Shown: positions 23,923 through 34,331 of the stretch, piece after piece
Layout: each line of letters opens with the position of its first letter
Position numbering within the stretch: position 1 is the first letter of the stretch
DNA from: Tortispora ganteri
Lineage: Eukaryota
Direction: 5' to 3'
Assembly: GCA_003707115.1 (NCBI GenBank)
Contig: PPNB01000017.1
Coordinates: 1-64,000 of the forward strand
DNA length: 64,000 nt
Notes under the pieces: generated by a model
Told to the model about the DNA's origin: nothing
The model's database searches: none
Seen by the model: the letters and a program-made list of their open reading frames with translations, nothing else
Program-made: the position numbers and the translations under genes

Positions 23923-24399
23923 TTATGGCACAACTTTGACACCGACAGACTTGGCTGTTCCGATTATGCTCTTGCATATTCCTTCTAGAGGAACATTGGC
24001 CATGTTTGGATCTTTTTGTTTTATTAGAGCGATTTCATAAACGTGTTTCAGGGATATCGTCCCGATAGTTTCTTTTGAAAACTGATTTGAGTCATCGCGA
24101 AACCGCGATTTATTCTTTGAATACTGACCAAGGCCTTGAGAAATTCCAGCAGCTTGCATAATCATCCAAGGAGTAGGCGGTGATTTGATATCGAACGTAA
24201 AGGATCTATCGGGTTTTACGGTTACCACACAAGGAATCGGTATACCTGGAGTGTAGTGAGCGGTACGGGCATTAAATTCCTTGCAAAAGTCCATTGCTTT
24301 CACACCTTTCGAGCCCAAAGCCGGGCCAACAGGAGGAGCTGGAGCTGCTTTACCAGCACCTACTATTAATTTTACCAATATGTTCTTTGGCTGCGACAT
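23923..24399 (-). CDS. MRPL19: Mitochondrial ribosomal protein uL11m
   Basis: [38 protein letters not shown]. Confidence 0.95.
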   Translation of the reverse strand: MSQPKNILVKLIVGAGKAAPAPPVGPALGSKGVKAMDFCKEFNARTAHYTPGIPIPCVVTVKPDRSFTFDIKSPPTPWMIMQAAGISQGLGQYSKNKSRFRDDSNQFSKETIGTISLKHVYEIALIKQKDPNMANVPLEGICKSIIGTAKSVGVKVVP

Positions 24400-24476
24400 A
24401 GAGGGTGGTTGTCAAGTAGTGAAAATTCGCTTGGCGAGGTGGGGAGAGCACACTCTGGGAGAAAGGTGGTCCTGGG

Positions 24477-25868
24477 TCATAGTGTATGGAGAGAGCCATG
24501 GATGCCGTCATAGACGAGTGCTCCAATATGAGGAATATAATGTTTCGTAAGGATTTTTGTAGCTTCCTGAGATGCAACTCCAGCGGCAAATGCTGATATA
24601 TTGTGCTGTTCTGGTGAGGCAGTAACCTGAAGGTGATTCCTCATCTCGGGGTCATGGTCCCATAAGCCAGGTGACGGGTCGATAAGTGCCCAAAACATCC
24701 TCTCTGGTTCAGTACAGAATGTGTCCGGAGGCTTAGTAAAGTCATTCGGAGATTCCTGCCTCATAACTGCAAGGAATCTAGCGTTTTTGCAGAATGATTC
24801 AATCTCGGTGGGTGCAATAGAAGGTGGAGAGCCAGAGGAAATGTCTTCGAGGACTGAGTTTAGAATGATATTAAACGCGGCAATGTCCTGATGAGCTTTC
24901 GTCTTGTAAATATTTTGCAAAGTAATGTACTGCTGTGAGTCAGCTTTCATATCCGGTAGAATTCCACTAAGAGGTAGGACACTGTACCTGTCGACAAAAA
25001 TTGATAGTGCTTTAGTCAGTATCCAAAACTTGGGTGTCGATGAGTTAATTTTCATTGTAGCGGATTCAGACAGTATAGATTCAACAGCAGGAGGTATTTC
25101 AGTTGGTGTAAAAGCTAGATAAGAATAATGAGATGCTTGTTCATAATTTTCGGTATCAACCACAGTTGGTGGAGCTGATGCGCGAATCAGGTCCTTAAAC
25201 CTTGACTTCTGATCAGAAGAAGGGTGATTCAGAGAAGCCGCTTTATACTGATCGAGGAAAATTATTAGTAGTACAAGGTATGGTACATGAGCATGATCCA
25301 TTGGATCTAGAGCTTTTAGGTCTATCGACCGTATATACGCGAGCAACTCAGGCCATGGTTTGTCCAATCTCAAGTCAGGTGTAGAAGATTGGTGAGTTTC
25401 CACGACTGTATGCTCTTTGATAGAAATATAAACAGAAGAATAAAAACCCTTCGAAGCTAGTTGTATGAATGGACAACGGCCGAAAGCTGATTCGACTAGA
25501 TATTGATTTGGTTGAACGCTTGAGATTACTAAACTCCAATTATACTGCAAGTTGTAGTCATTAGGCGATCTAATCTCATATATAATATCAACACTTGGAT
25601 TTAGTTTTTTAAGAAGTTCAGATACAATTTTTGCACGATGTTGGCCGTATGATGTGCTATTAACGAAGAAATTAGTTGAACTGTTAGACTCATCTGCAAC
25701 AACATCATCAACTATTGTCACATGCCCAATTCCAGCAAGAACAAGACTCTTTAAAGTCTCAGATGCTAATGTATTAGATCCTAAACATAATATTTTTGCA
25801 TTTACCAAATTTTCTTGTCCAGATTCTTGCCATAGACGCAGCTGCCGATCATATCGCTGAGAGGCCAT
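24477..25868 (-). CDS. ULA1: NEDD8/Rub1-activating enzyme E1 regulatory subunit (APPBP1)
   Basis: RYDRQLRLW, ETLKSLVLAGIG, PDLRLDKPWPEL, HAHVPY, LPLSGILPDMKADS. Confidence 0.92.
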   Translation of the reverse strand: MASQRYDRQLRLWQESGQENLVNAKILCLGSNTLASETLKSLVLAGIGHVTIVDDVVADESNSSTNFFVNSTSYGQHRAKIVSELLKKLNPSVDIIYEIRSPNDYNLQYNWSLVISSVQPNQYLVESAFGRCPFIQLASKGFYSSVYISIKEHTVVETHQSSTPDLRLDKPWPELLAYIRSIDLKALDPMDHAHVPYLVLLIIFLDQYKAASLNHPSSDQKSRFKDLIRASAPPTVVDTENYEQASHYSYLAFTPTEIPPAVESILSESATMKINSSTPKFWILTKALSIFVDRYSVLPLSGILPDMKADSQQYITLQNIYKTKAHQDIAAFNIILNSVLEDISSGSPPSIAPTEIESFCKNARFLAVMRQESPNDFTKPPDTFCTEPERMFWALIDPSPGLWDHDPEMRNHLQVTASPEQHNISAFAAGVASQEATKILTKHYIPHIGALVYDGIHGSLHTL

Positions 25869-25955
25869 TGAGGTAGTGGGAGTGTAGAAGATTTAGCTAC
25901 AATATGTGAATGTAAACTACCAGTGTATTGGCATAAAGACGTGTATTATTTTCTC

Positions 25956-26639
25956 TCATCTCTTCTGTTGAGCCGATTGCTGCATGTTAGCCATATTAGA
26001 CATTCCAAATAAACTCATCATAATCATCTGTGGGTCATACTGTGCTCTTCTAGAGTCCTGTCTCTCACAGTACAACTGCCAGGTGAACTCGTCAAATCCG
26101 TAATTGAAGTAATCACTAACATCAGCACCAGGTCGCCGCCACGGCTTCTCTTCTAACATCTCAATAGGCACTTCGGTAATAGGAATACCATTATATTCTC
26201 CAGTCTTACTCAAGTCGATAGCATTGCCCGATTTAGGGCCTACTGCAATTGTCATTCCCGATTCAAGCTTATCTGACTTCGATCCCATTCCTTCAGGCTG
26301 CGCCAATTTAGGTGCTAGTTTCTGAACAGTAGGAGGCTGTGCAGCATTACTGCTGTTTATTATAATCTCGATATCCGAGTCCGATTCTGATTCTGAATCA
26401 TCTTCCATCTCCTCGTCGTCTACTTCCTCTTCCTGTTGTTCTTCCTGTTGTTCTTCCTGTTGTTCTTTCTGTTGTTCTTCCTGCTGCTCCAACTGTTCAG
26501 TCTGCATTCCGACGTCTTCTGCAACTTTCTGCTCCTCTATAGCCTCAATATGGCCTGCATCTTCTTCTTCTTCATTCATATTGACACAGTAATCTGACAG
26601 AAAAACAGGCGCTTTGTCGTTCTCTTGCTTAGACGACAT
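25956..26639 (-). CDS. FIP1: Pre-mRNA polyadenylation factor Fip1
   Basis: Acidic N-terminus ending in SDSDIEIII and the Fip1 motif EKPWRRPGADVSDYFNYGFDEFTWQLYC. First ATG at 26639. Confidence 0.93.
   Translation of the reverse strand: MSSKQENDKAPVFLSDYCVNMNEEEEDAGHIEAIEEQKVAEDVGMQTEQLEQQEEQQKEQQEEQQEEQQEEEVDDEEMEDDSESESDSDIEIIINSSNAAQPPTVQKLAPKLAQPEGMGSKSDKLESGMTIAVGPKSGNAIDLSKTGEYNGIPITEVPIEMLEEKPWRRPGADVSDYFNYGFDEFTWQLYCERQDSRRAQYDPQMIMMSLFGMSNMANMQQSAQQKR
26428..26487 (-). repeat. 12-nt coding tandem repeat (about 5 copies) encoding EQQE in FIP1
   Basis: Plus-strand unit tcttcctgttgt repeated; translates to EQQEEQQKEQQEEQQEEQQEE. Confidence 0.85.
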
Positions 26640-26707
26640 GGCCCAAAGAGTATAAAATAACCCTTTCCCTAACGTAAATTCTCTTCGATTACACACACCC
26701 ACAACAA

Positions 26708-27940
26708 ATGTTTGCCAGAAGAAACAGCATGTCGTCTATGCCTAGTTCCGGTGGTTTATTTGGAACAAATAATACTCCTTCTACGCCGGCGAATAATACG
26801 TCGTCAGTGTTTGGCAGTAAACCTGCGAACTCTGGGTTCTCGTTCGGCCAGTCGCAACAGAACCAGTCAACACAGACTGCTCAGAACGCGCAAACACCAT
26901 TTGGACAGCCTAATGCATCACAAACCGTATCTTTTGGACAATCTAATACTTCACAAGTTACACCTTTTAGTCAATCCAACACTGCTCAACAGCCGTCGCT
27001 ATTTGGTCAAACTAGCAACTCTCAACCTTCAGCTTTTGGTCAATCGAACAGTTCTCAGCCATCACTATTCGGCCAATCTAGCAACTCGCAACCTTCAGCT
27101 TTTGGTCAGACAAGCTCTACACAACCGTCGTTGTTTGGGCAATCTAACAACACGCAACCATCCGTCTTTAGCCAAACAAACAATACCTTTTCGCAGCCTT
27201 CACTTTTTGGACAGTCTAATGCTTCCCAATTCTCCTCATCCGGTCAGACAGGTAACACCCCAAGCAGCACTGGATTTGGCCAGGCTTCCACGCAAAACAG
27301 CTTGTTTAACAAACCACAAACGGGCATGTTCTCTGCTGCCACGCAGCAGCCCCAAGTTCCTGTCATCACTGCGCTTACACGCCTTAGTGACCTCCCTGCT
27401 CAAGCACAAAAAGAATTAGAAGAGATAGATTCTTACATTTTACGGCAAATGCAACTTTGCGAGCAACTAACAGGCCAATCAGACTACCACAAAGAGTTAA
27501 TTGACAGCGTGCCATTCGACGTGTCGGTCTTATCAACTAAAGCTACAGCAATTCAACAGGCACTGCGACAAGATGCCAGCATGCTAACCAGTATCAAGTC
27601 AGATGTGGATACAGCCACAGAAAATGGCAGACTGTGCTTTAACTTGATTTCATCTATGCGCACGCCAGGTGTCAGGCTTCCGTTCAATGATTCTCTAATG
27701 CCTTACTTTGAATCTCAGGCCGACAAACTGAAGTCAAGAATTGAAGAATATATTGACCTTTTGAGTGAGATTGAGAGGTGTGCAGATGGTATTGAGAAAG
27801 ACACAGTTACGTCTGTGTCATCCAAAGGTCCGGCTTTAGCTCAGGCTCTGATGACCACATTACAGGATCACTACCAAATACTTCTTGCACTTGGCAGCAG
27901 AGTTGCTGAAATTCATGATATAATTACGAAGATATCATAA
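26708..27940 (+). CDS. NUP49: FG nucleoporin Nup49 (Nup58 family)
   Basis: N-terminal FG repeats followed by the coiled-coil start TRLSDLPAQAQKELEEIDSYI. Confidence 0.8.
   Translation: MFARRNSMSSMPSSGGLFGTNNTPSTPANNTSSVFGSKPANSGFSFGQSQQNQSTQTAQNAQTPFGQPNASQTVSFGQSNTSQVTPFSQSNTAQQPSLFGQTSNSQPSAFGQSNSSQPSLFGQSSNSQPSAFGQTSSTQPSLFGQSNNTQPSVFSQTNNTFSQPSLFGQSNASQFSSSGQTGNTPSSTGFGQASTQNSLFNKPQTGMFSAATQQPQVPVITALTRLSDLPAQAQKELEEIDSYILRQMQLCEQLTGQSDYHKELIDSVPFDVSVLSTKATAIQQALRQDASMLTSIKSDVDTATENGRLCFNLISSMRTPGVRLPFNDSLMPYFESQADKLKSRIEEYIDLLSEIERCADGIEKDTVTSVSSKGPALAQALMTTLQDHYQILLALGSRVAEIHDIITKIS
26892..27240 (+). repeat. 33-nt periodic coding repeat, QPS(L/A)FGQxxxx units
   Basis: Translation QPSLFGQTSNS QPSAFGQSNSS QPSLFGQSSNS QPSAFGQTSST QPSLFGQSNNT. 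Confidence 0.8.
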
Positions 27941-28231
27941 GTCGCACTATTTAGTAGCTCATCTCTACTAAAAAACAAATATTTAATGGACAATTTGCAT
28001 AAATAACGTGCCACTTGCACAGTGCCACATAGGCCAGTCAGACGTTCTAGAAACCCTCATTCAAAACCTAAATGTACTTGATTGTATCCCAACACCGAAA
28101 GCCGGCCTTATTTTACACCATCTCCAAGTAGTGTAATTCGATATTGGTTTGCATTTTCTTGTAAAAGACAGTTTTTATTTGCTTTTGAATATAGCTCTTA
28201 TTGTTTTAATTTATTGTTTTTCTCATAAATA

Positions 28232-31200
28232 ATGGCATTTTGGAAGTTTGGGTCCTCCCTAGTGGGCGCCCCTGACTCTAGCACCATAGACAAACTGCTG
28301 GAGAAACCAGACTGTTCTGTGTCTGACCTAATTCAAGATAATAACATTTTGACAGAACTCTCTACACGCAAATCCAATCTTATTAAGTTCTTTACTCGTC
28401 CGGATGCAATGGAAGACCTTGTAAATATCATAATCGATATCGAGAACCCCGATAAAACCTCGCATACAAGTTCCGCTTCGCCATCCTCTTGTTCGTCGCC
28501 AACGCCATCTGACGACCCGCTCAACAGCACACATAATGAATCTAATCAAGACGAACTACTCAGTAAAGATGTTATTGACGTCTCTGGAATTGAATCTTCT
28601 TCAGATACAAAGAGTGAAGAAAACCCTGGCGATGCTGAAACTACCGACTACACGGCTACGGAACCAAGTGCCGACTTACGGACGGAAAAATATGAAATAT
28701 CCACCGAGGATAACCAATCAGAGACAAAAAAACCTATTGAAGGGTACGAAGATGAAGAGTACGACTACGAAGAGAACGATACTGAAATTGGTGACGACGG
28801 CGAGGAAGAAGATGAAGAGGAGGAAGATATAGAAGCCGCTGAGACACGTCGTCGTCTCGACGCTTCTGTGGCCGCTGAAATACTTACAGGTGAATCCTAT
28901 GAAATTTTAAAAGCTTTGTCCACTGACCTTAAATTAATGAACAAAATATGGACAATTCTTGATCGTCCCTCACCGTTACCTATCCTCACTGCCAGTTTGT
29001 TTGTTAAAATCAACGAACAGCTTTTAGAAAGGCATACGAATGAGCTTCTGGAATTTATGTTTGCACGTCCGAATCTGGTAAAAGAGTTCACAAGCCACAT
29101 AGATACTCCTTCGTTAATGGATTTCCTTCTGAAGGTTATAAGCACTGACAAGCCATCCGCCCCTACTAATGTTATCGATTATCTGCAACAACACGATTTC
29201 ATTCCGTCCTTGCTATCTTTCTTTGAACCCTATTATCCGTCTTCTACCCAAACAGCAGCCGGAGACGTGCTCAGAGCACTGATTGCTCTATCAGCTAATG
29301 GAACAAACGACCCAACTCTCATTGGCCCAAACGAATTAACTCGCCAGCTTGTCAATCCAGAATCTTCTGCTCGCCTAGTTCAGCTGATGAAAAATGGTGG
29401 CTCCGCTCTGGCAACCGCTGTTGGTGTTATAATAGAAGTTATCAGGAAGAATAATAGCGATTATGACGCCATTTCTATTGTGGATATGTCAATTGACAGA
29501 CATCCTCCAAGTCCTCGCGACCCTATATATTTAGGATATCTCGTCAGAGAATTTGCAGAAAATATCCATGATTTTCAAGCTATGCTCTCTCGTCCTCACA
29601 CAGAACGCCTAAAAACTGCCATCGGGGAAATAGAACCTTTGGGCTTTGAACGGTTTAAGATCTGCGAGCTGGTTGCTGAACTTCTGCACTGTAGCAACAT
29701 GATGATGCTAAATAACGCAGATGCTGACGTAATTGCTCGAGAACGTGACGCTCTACGAGAAGCTATGATCCGTGCTGATAGGGAGATACACGCTGTTGAA
29801 AAAGAGGAAGTTGGCTCTCACAATCCTGAAGATATATCTGAGTCCAATGAGAATCCAGAAGCTCTGCAAGCCACCGAAAAGCGTGATGGATCTTTTGCTC
29901 CAGAGATATCCAGTCCTATCATGAAGGAAAACGAAAATCTAGTCGATGGTATCAAGCAAGCGGTTGATACACTCTCAATTTCTGGTGCACAAGACACCAT
30001 ACGAGGAACTGAAAAGGCAGATGAAGATTTTGGGGAAGGGGATGAAAATGTTAAGGAAGATGCTATTTCACAAACTGCAGTAAATGCAAACGCAAAGGCC
30101 ACAGAAAGCTGTGCTAACTCTGATGCCGAATCATCGACTGAACCTGTTGTTGGTGATTTGTTAAAGATGGCTTTAGTGGAGAATCGGGTCATGGAGTGTA
30201 TTGTGAACATGTTTTTTGAGTTTCCATGGAATAATTTTCTTCACAACGTTGTATTTGATATTGTGCAACAGATATTTGGTGGTCCAATGGAAGACTCTTA
30301 TAACCCCTATTTGGCTATTGATCTATTTGATGGGTGTCAAATCACTGAACGAATTATTCAAGGCGAGAAACAAAGCAAAGAAAGCGAAGATACCTATAAA
30401 GTTCGAATGGGTTATATGGGACATCTTACTCTGATTGCTGAAGAAGTGGTGAAATTCACAGCCCAGATAGCCCCTGAAAGCCTGGCAGATGTGGTCTACG
30501 ATAAAGTGAATAGCCCTGAATGGGAGAAATATAAGTCACAAACGCTTGCGTCTACGAGGCAAAAATATAATGCAATCCTTGGTGGAGATCAAAATGAAGA
30601 ATTGTTCGATGGTCATTTAAATGATGCAATGATGGGTTCTGAAGAAGAGAATATTGCTAGTGAAATGGGTGATGATATAATGAAAATGGCTGCAGGAGAT
30701 ATGGAGCGTGATAAAGACTTAGCTGCTTGGGCGCGTTCTGGAAGCGGAAGTGCCCTTCTTCTACAGGGCGTTGGTGACAATGACGACGATGATGGAGTGG
30801 ACGAAGAAAGAGGCGAAGAAGAGGGTGACGGAGACTCATTTGCTCAGTACATGTCACAAGAAATTAATAGTGATACACAGACGCGCTTTATTTCATCTGA
30901 TGAAGATGAAGACGATGAAGAACTTGTTGGTTGGGGAACTGAAGACCAGATATCTGGGAATGTTGAAGCGAGTGATCGTCTTAGTGAAGATGACGATGAA
31001 GATAATGACAGCGTCCGTGGTTTAATGATTGAATCAAATGTTTACAGTAATTCTGACGAAGAAGAAGAACAAAAGGAGGAGGAAGAATGTTATTCATCAT
31101 TTTATGAGAATGATAATAAGATGTCTAACCAAATGAGTTCTTGCATGGGTGAAGATTTGCGTTTAATGCGCTCTAATTCTCACGTTGGAGAGCGTGATTC

Positions 31201-31330
31201 GGAAGATATGGCTGCAAATATACTTCGTGCTGGTATTGTCCATGCAGGAGATTTTGCAGATCGTCCGGAAATTGAGAAAGTACTGGCTGAAGTTGAAAAG
31301 GATCAGAATGAACCTGAGAACTCTGAATGA
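28232..31330 (+). CDS. SIT4 phosphatase-associated protein (Sap185/Sap190 family)
   Basis: MAFWKFG, RDPIYLG, EPLGFERFKICELVAELLHCSNM, FPWNNFLHNVVFD, RMGYMGHLTLIAEEVVKF; acidic tail. Confidence 0.92.
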   Translation: MAFWKFGSSLVGAPDSSTIDKLLEKPDCSVSDLIQDNNILTELSTRKSNLIKFFTRPDAMEDLVNIIIDIENPDKTSHTSSASPSSCSSPTPSDDPLNSTHNESNQDELLSKDVIDVSGIESSSDTKSEENPGDAETTDYTATEPSADLRTEKYEISTEDNQSETKKPIEGYEDEEYDYEENDTEIGDDGEEEDEEEEDIEAAETRRRLDASVAAEILTGESYEILKALSTDLKLMNKIWTILDRPSPLPILTASLFVKINEQLLERHTNELLEFMFARPNLVKEFTSHIDTPSLMDFLLKVISTDKPSAPTNVIDYLQQHDFIPSLLSFFEPYYPSSTQTAAGDVLRALIALSANGTNDPTLIGPNELTRQLVNPESSARLVQLMKNGGSALATAVGVIIEVIRKNNSDYDAISIVDMSIDRHPPSPRDPIYLGYLVREFAENIHDFQAMLSRPHTERLKTAIGEIEPLGFERFKICELVAELLHCSNMMMLNNADADVIARERDALREAMIRADREIHAVEKEEVGSHNPEDISESNENPEALQATEKRDGSFAPEISSPIMKENENLVDGIKQAVDTLSISGAQDTIRGTEKADEDFGEGDENVKEDAISQTAVNANAKATESCANSDAESSTEPVVGDLLKMALVENRVMECIVNMFFEFPWNNFLHNVVFDIVQQIFGGPMEDSYNPYLAIDLFDGCQITERIIQGEKQSKESEDTYKVRMGYMGHLTLIAEEVVKFTAQIAPESLADVVYDKVNSPEWEKYKSQTLASTRQKYNAILGGDQNEELFDGHLNDAMMGSEEENIASEMGDDIMKMAAGDMERDKDLAAWARSGSGSALLLQGVGDNDDDDGVDEERGEEEGDGDSFAQYMSQEINSDTQTRFISSDEDEDDEELVGWGTEDQISGNVEASDRLSEDDDEDNDSVRGLMIESNVYSNSDEEEEQKEEEECYSSFYENDNKMSNQMSSCMGEDLRLMRSNSHVGERDSEDMAANILRAGIVHAGDFADRPEIEKVLAEVEKDQNEPENSE

Positions 31331-31508
31331 TGTATATTTATTCATGTACTACAATCCATTTCTAATGATTTTACCTTTCTAAACCATAAGATATATGTAT
31401 GCAAATATATAATTGGATATGCAGAATATTGATGCCAGTTGTTTGTCGTCATAAATCTGGCTCAAAAAAAGAAAAAGAAAAAAATCAGAGCAGGTAAATA
31501 GGATCAGT

Positions 31509-33470
31509 TCATAAATCTATTAGATTGTCCAAGCTTTTCTTATCAGAATTTGCCATTTCCTTTCGAATCTCATTCTCAAGTTGAACTGTATCAACAGGTT
31601 CGTCCTCTTCGGCATCAAACATTACTTCGGCTTGATATTCCTCATTAGAGTAATCAGAAACTTCGTCACTGGAATCGTGGTTTCGACTATCTTCGAAGAA
31701 GGAAGCGCTATCCAGCTGTATTCGCGCTTCTTCAGCTTCTGATATGAGACCAATAAGTTTAACTCGATCTCTCAAAATCTCACCTAAATGGTCAGCGTAC
31801 TCAAGATGGCCGCTTACCAAATCAGAGACGTCAAAGTTTTCGACATTATCCACATCCATGGATACTGGGCATAAACCAGCGACATTAAAATTCAGGTTTT
31901 GAGCTCTATAAATGTACTGCAAGACAAAATCGGACCTAATGTACACATTCACCAGCCGGCCCGCGGTAATAGAACGCATCAAGGCCCACGACTCCTTATC
32001 AATAGAGACCGGAGCACCCATAAGAACAGCATTTTCCACTATACCTAAAGACCTTGTCCGCACCAAGTCGAGCAGGCAATAGTAAATGACTCGCGCGCCC
32101 AGCGAATACCCTAAGAGAGTAACAGGTCGGTGGCCGTGGATGTGGTTTCTCAGCGTGTCAGCAAGTGCTAAGCCAGCTTTTCGCGCTCTACCTACGGCGA
32201 TGTTCCAGGGGTTATCAATTATGGAAGCGAGGTTGAGTAGAGCGATAGGCCACATAGCCGAGGTTAGAGCAGAAAGCATTGTGTGCTTTATTAATTGCGA
32301 TTTAGCCAACGCAAATGCCATTTTTTTCATGTATGCATCAAGAGCTCTTCCCAGGTTCAAAAGAGCTTTTACTTCCCACTGCAATGCGAGACAGTCAGAC
32401 AGGGAGGGATCAAGCATCGTCCATGGTCGTGTGACATCACGCCTTGAATCCAGCCAGCCGCTAATCACAAGTGTCACAGAAAGTCTAGCTCTGGTCTGTG
32501 GAATCACAAACGAGCTAGAAGATTCCGAAGATTTACTACTTAAACTTGTACCCCGCTGCCTTGCTCGACGACCTCCATACATAATAGGAACGAGATTAAA
32601 ATCTGAGATTTCACTGGTCCAGCGGACCATTGAATCGTAAGAGTATTTCCCGCCGTATATTCCAAAAAGCGCACCGACTGCTACAGGCGAAGCAGCTAAA
32701 GAACCTAAGTAAAGGGCAGTAGCGGATGCGCCTAGACCTACGCCCATGAATAGAACCCCGAGACCAGAAGCGATTAGCGGGGCAGCAAGGCCGCCAGTAA
32801 GACCAAGCATTAAGGCGCCACCTATCGCGCCCAAACCTATAGTAGCATACTTCTGTGCAAGCGACTGTTTTTCACGCTTTTGAAGTATTTCTGATAAATC
32901 TGCGTTATTTGCATTTTCGTAGTGTTCTGAATCCTTCACGTACTCAGAGAAGGCGTCCATGAGGGAATGGGCGGTTGTCTTTTCTGCTTCGATCAAGAAC
33001 CACGGAGACAAGTCCAAAGAGGCGCACAAAATATGCATAAGTGCTCTACTTTCTGAGCTGTATTCTCTAAGACTGAGGAGGAGTAAGAGGACAGACATGA
33101 GCACGGCTTGACATTGGCGCTCGTCTAGGGATTCAACGAGAGTGGAAGGCAAAGGAAATGAGGAATGAACAGGATAGCAATTAACGGCAGCGGGTTCCCA
33201 GGATCGTGATGATGATCCTCTGTTTTGAGACTTAGAGCTAGGAGAGTTTAATACTTCGCCTATTCGTTGGAGAATGGTCACTTTCCATTGATCGAAAACC
33301 ACCAAAAGGTCAGCGACGGGTTTCGTAAGAGCTACAGGGTCATCTACCTTGACATTTCCGCAGAGCTGCATATGCTCACGTAGTATCTCTATTATATTCG
33401 AGACCAACAGAAACAATTCTTCCTGCTGTGGGCGAGAAAGAAGCGCGTTGAGACCTTCCTGTCTCGCCAT
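31509..33470 (-). CDS. DUF726 / TMCO4-Mil1-like alpha/beta-hydrolase membrane protein
   Basis: GLTGGLAAPLI transmembrane block, IIDNPW, RPVTLLGYSLGARVI nucleophile elbow, VSGHLEY. Confidence 0.88.
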   Translation of the reverse strand: MARQEGLNALLSRPQQEELFLLVSNIIEILREHMQLCGNVKVDDPVALTKPVADLLVVFDQWKVTILQRIGEVLNSPSSKSQNRGSSSRSWEPAAVNCYPVHSSFPLPSTLVESLDERQCQAVLMSVLLLLLSLREYSSESRALMHILCASLDLSPWFLIEAEKTTAHSLMDAFSEYVKDSEHYENANNADLSEILQKREKQSLAQKYATIGLGAIGGALMLGLTGGLAAPLIASGLGVLFMGVGLGASATALYLGSLAASPVAVGALFGIYGGKYSYDSMVRWTSEISDFNLVPIMYGGRRARQRGTSLSSKSSESSSSFVIPQTRARLSVTLVISGWLDSRRDVTRPWTMLDPSLSDCLALQWEVKALLNLGRALDAYMKKMAFALAKSQLIKHTMLSALTSAMWPIALLNLASIIDNPWNIAVGRARKAGLALADTLRNHIHGHRPVTLLGYSLGARVIYYCLLDLVRTRSLGIVENAVLMGAPVSIDKESWALMRSITAGRLVNVYIRSDFVLQYIYRAQNLNFNVAGLCPVSMDVDNVENFDVSDLVSGHLEYADHLGEILRDRVKLIGLISEAEEARIQLDSASFFEDSRNHDSSDEVSDYSNEEYQAEVMFDAEEDEPVDTVQLENEIRKEMANSDKKSLDNLIDL

Positions 33471-33558
33471 TGGTGGGCTGATGGTTCAAGCTAAAGGTGT
33501 CTTTATCTGCTGCCGCCCAGGGAGATAAAAAGCCTGTCCTTGACTGATCTTTGCGCAA

Positions 33559-34236
33559 ATGTCAGGAACGATTATTGTGTTGATTGGAGGTGGAGAATGT
33601 TCCGGAAAAAAGACCTTATGCAAAGAGCTTGAACACCAGATTAAACTTGCTGCAGAAAGAAGCGAGAGGCAGGTGGTATGTGAGCTGCTGGACATGTCGA
33701 CCTACAACCGTCCAAGCGATCCTGCGGCTCTTTCTGTCGATCCAAGCATTAAGCGAGTCGTCGGATCGGGCAGAAACAATCCATATCATCCATTTTCTTT
33801 TGATATTGATGCAATTATAGACCAAGTGCAGGTTATTCGACAGCGCAATGACCGTACGCTTAAAGTGGTGTTTGTGGTAGGCCTATATGCATTGCTCGAT
33901 GCACGACTCAGAGACATGGCCTCTATTAAACTGTTTATAGATGAAGACGCCGATTTGAGGTATTCGCGTGCTGTTAAACGGGGGCAGCAACAAGGAATAT
34001 CGGTCCAGCAATCCACAGATACCTATCTCAGGTATAGCAAGCTTGCCATGGAGCAATTTGTGATCCCGACTAGAAAGTACGCTGATCTCATAGTACACAA
34101 AGGCTCTAACCGGCAGAGAGGACTGGAGTTAATAGCGGGTGCTATATTCCAATCCAGCAGCACCACTGAAATTTCGTTTTCGTCGTCTTTTTTTACTAAA
34201 GAGGATACAATTGAGCCGTTCTACGAAGTTTCATAA
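33559..34236 (+). CDS. DAS2: Uridine-kinase-like protein (Das2-like, probably inactive)
   Basis: IIVLIGGGECSGKKT P-loop, HPFSFDID, GLYAL, IKLFIDEDADLR, FVIPTRKYADLI. Confidence 0.65.
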   Translation: MSGTIIVLIGGGECSGKKTLCKELEHQIKLAAERSERQVVCELLDMSTYNRPSDPAALSVDPSIKRVVGSGRNNPYHPFSFDIDAIIDQVQVIRQRNDRTLKVVFVVGLYALLDARLRDMASIKLFIDEDADLRYSRAVKRGQQQGISVQQSTDTYLRYSKLAMEQFVIPTRKYADLIVHKGSNRQRGLELIAGAIFQSSSTTEISFSSSFFTKEDTIEPFYEVS

Positions 34237-34331
34237 TCTTATTCTCAGACACTCACCTACACCCACAAACCAAATCAATAAAAAGAAGACATTCAAAACC
34301 TAATGAATGAATAGCCTGAGTATGTATAGTA

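Noticed and set aside
26712..27419. 235-aa alternative-frame ORF over NUP49
   Set aside because: TTG start; stop-free because of the repetitive codon content of the FG region.
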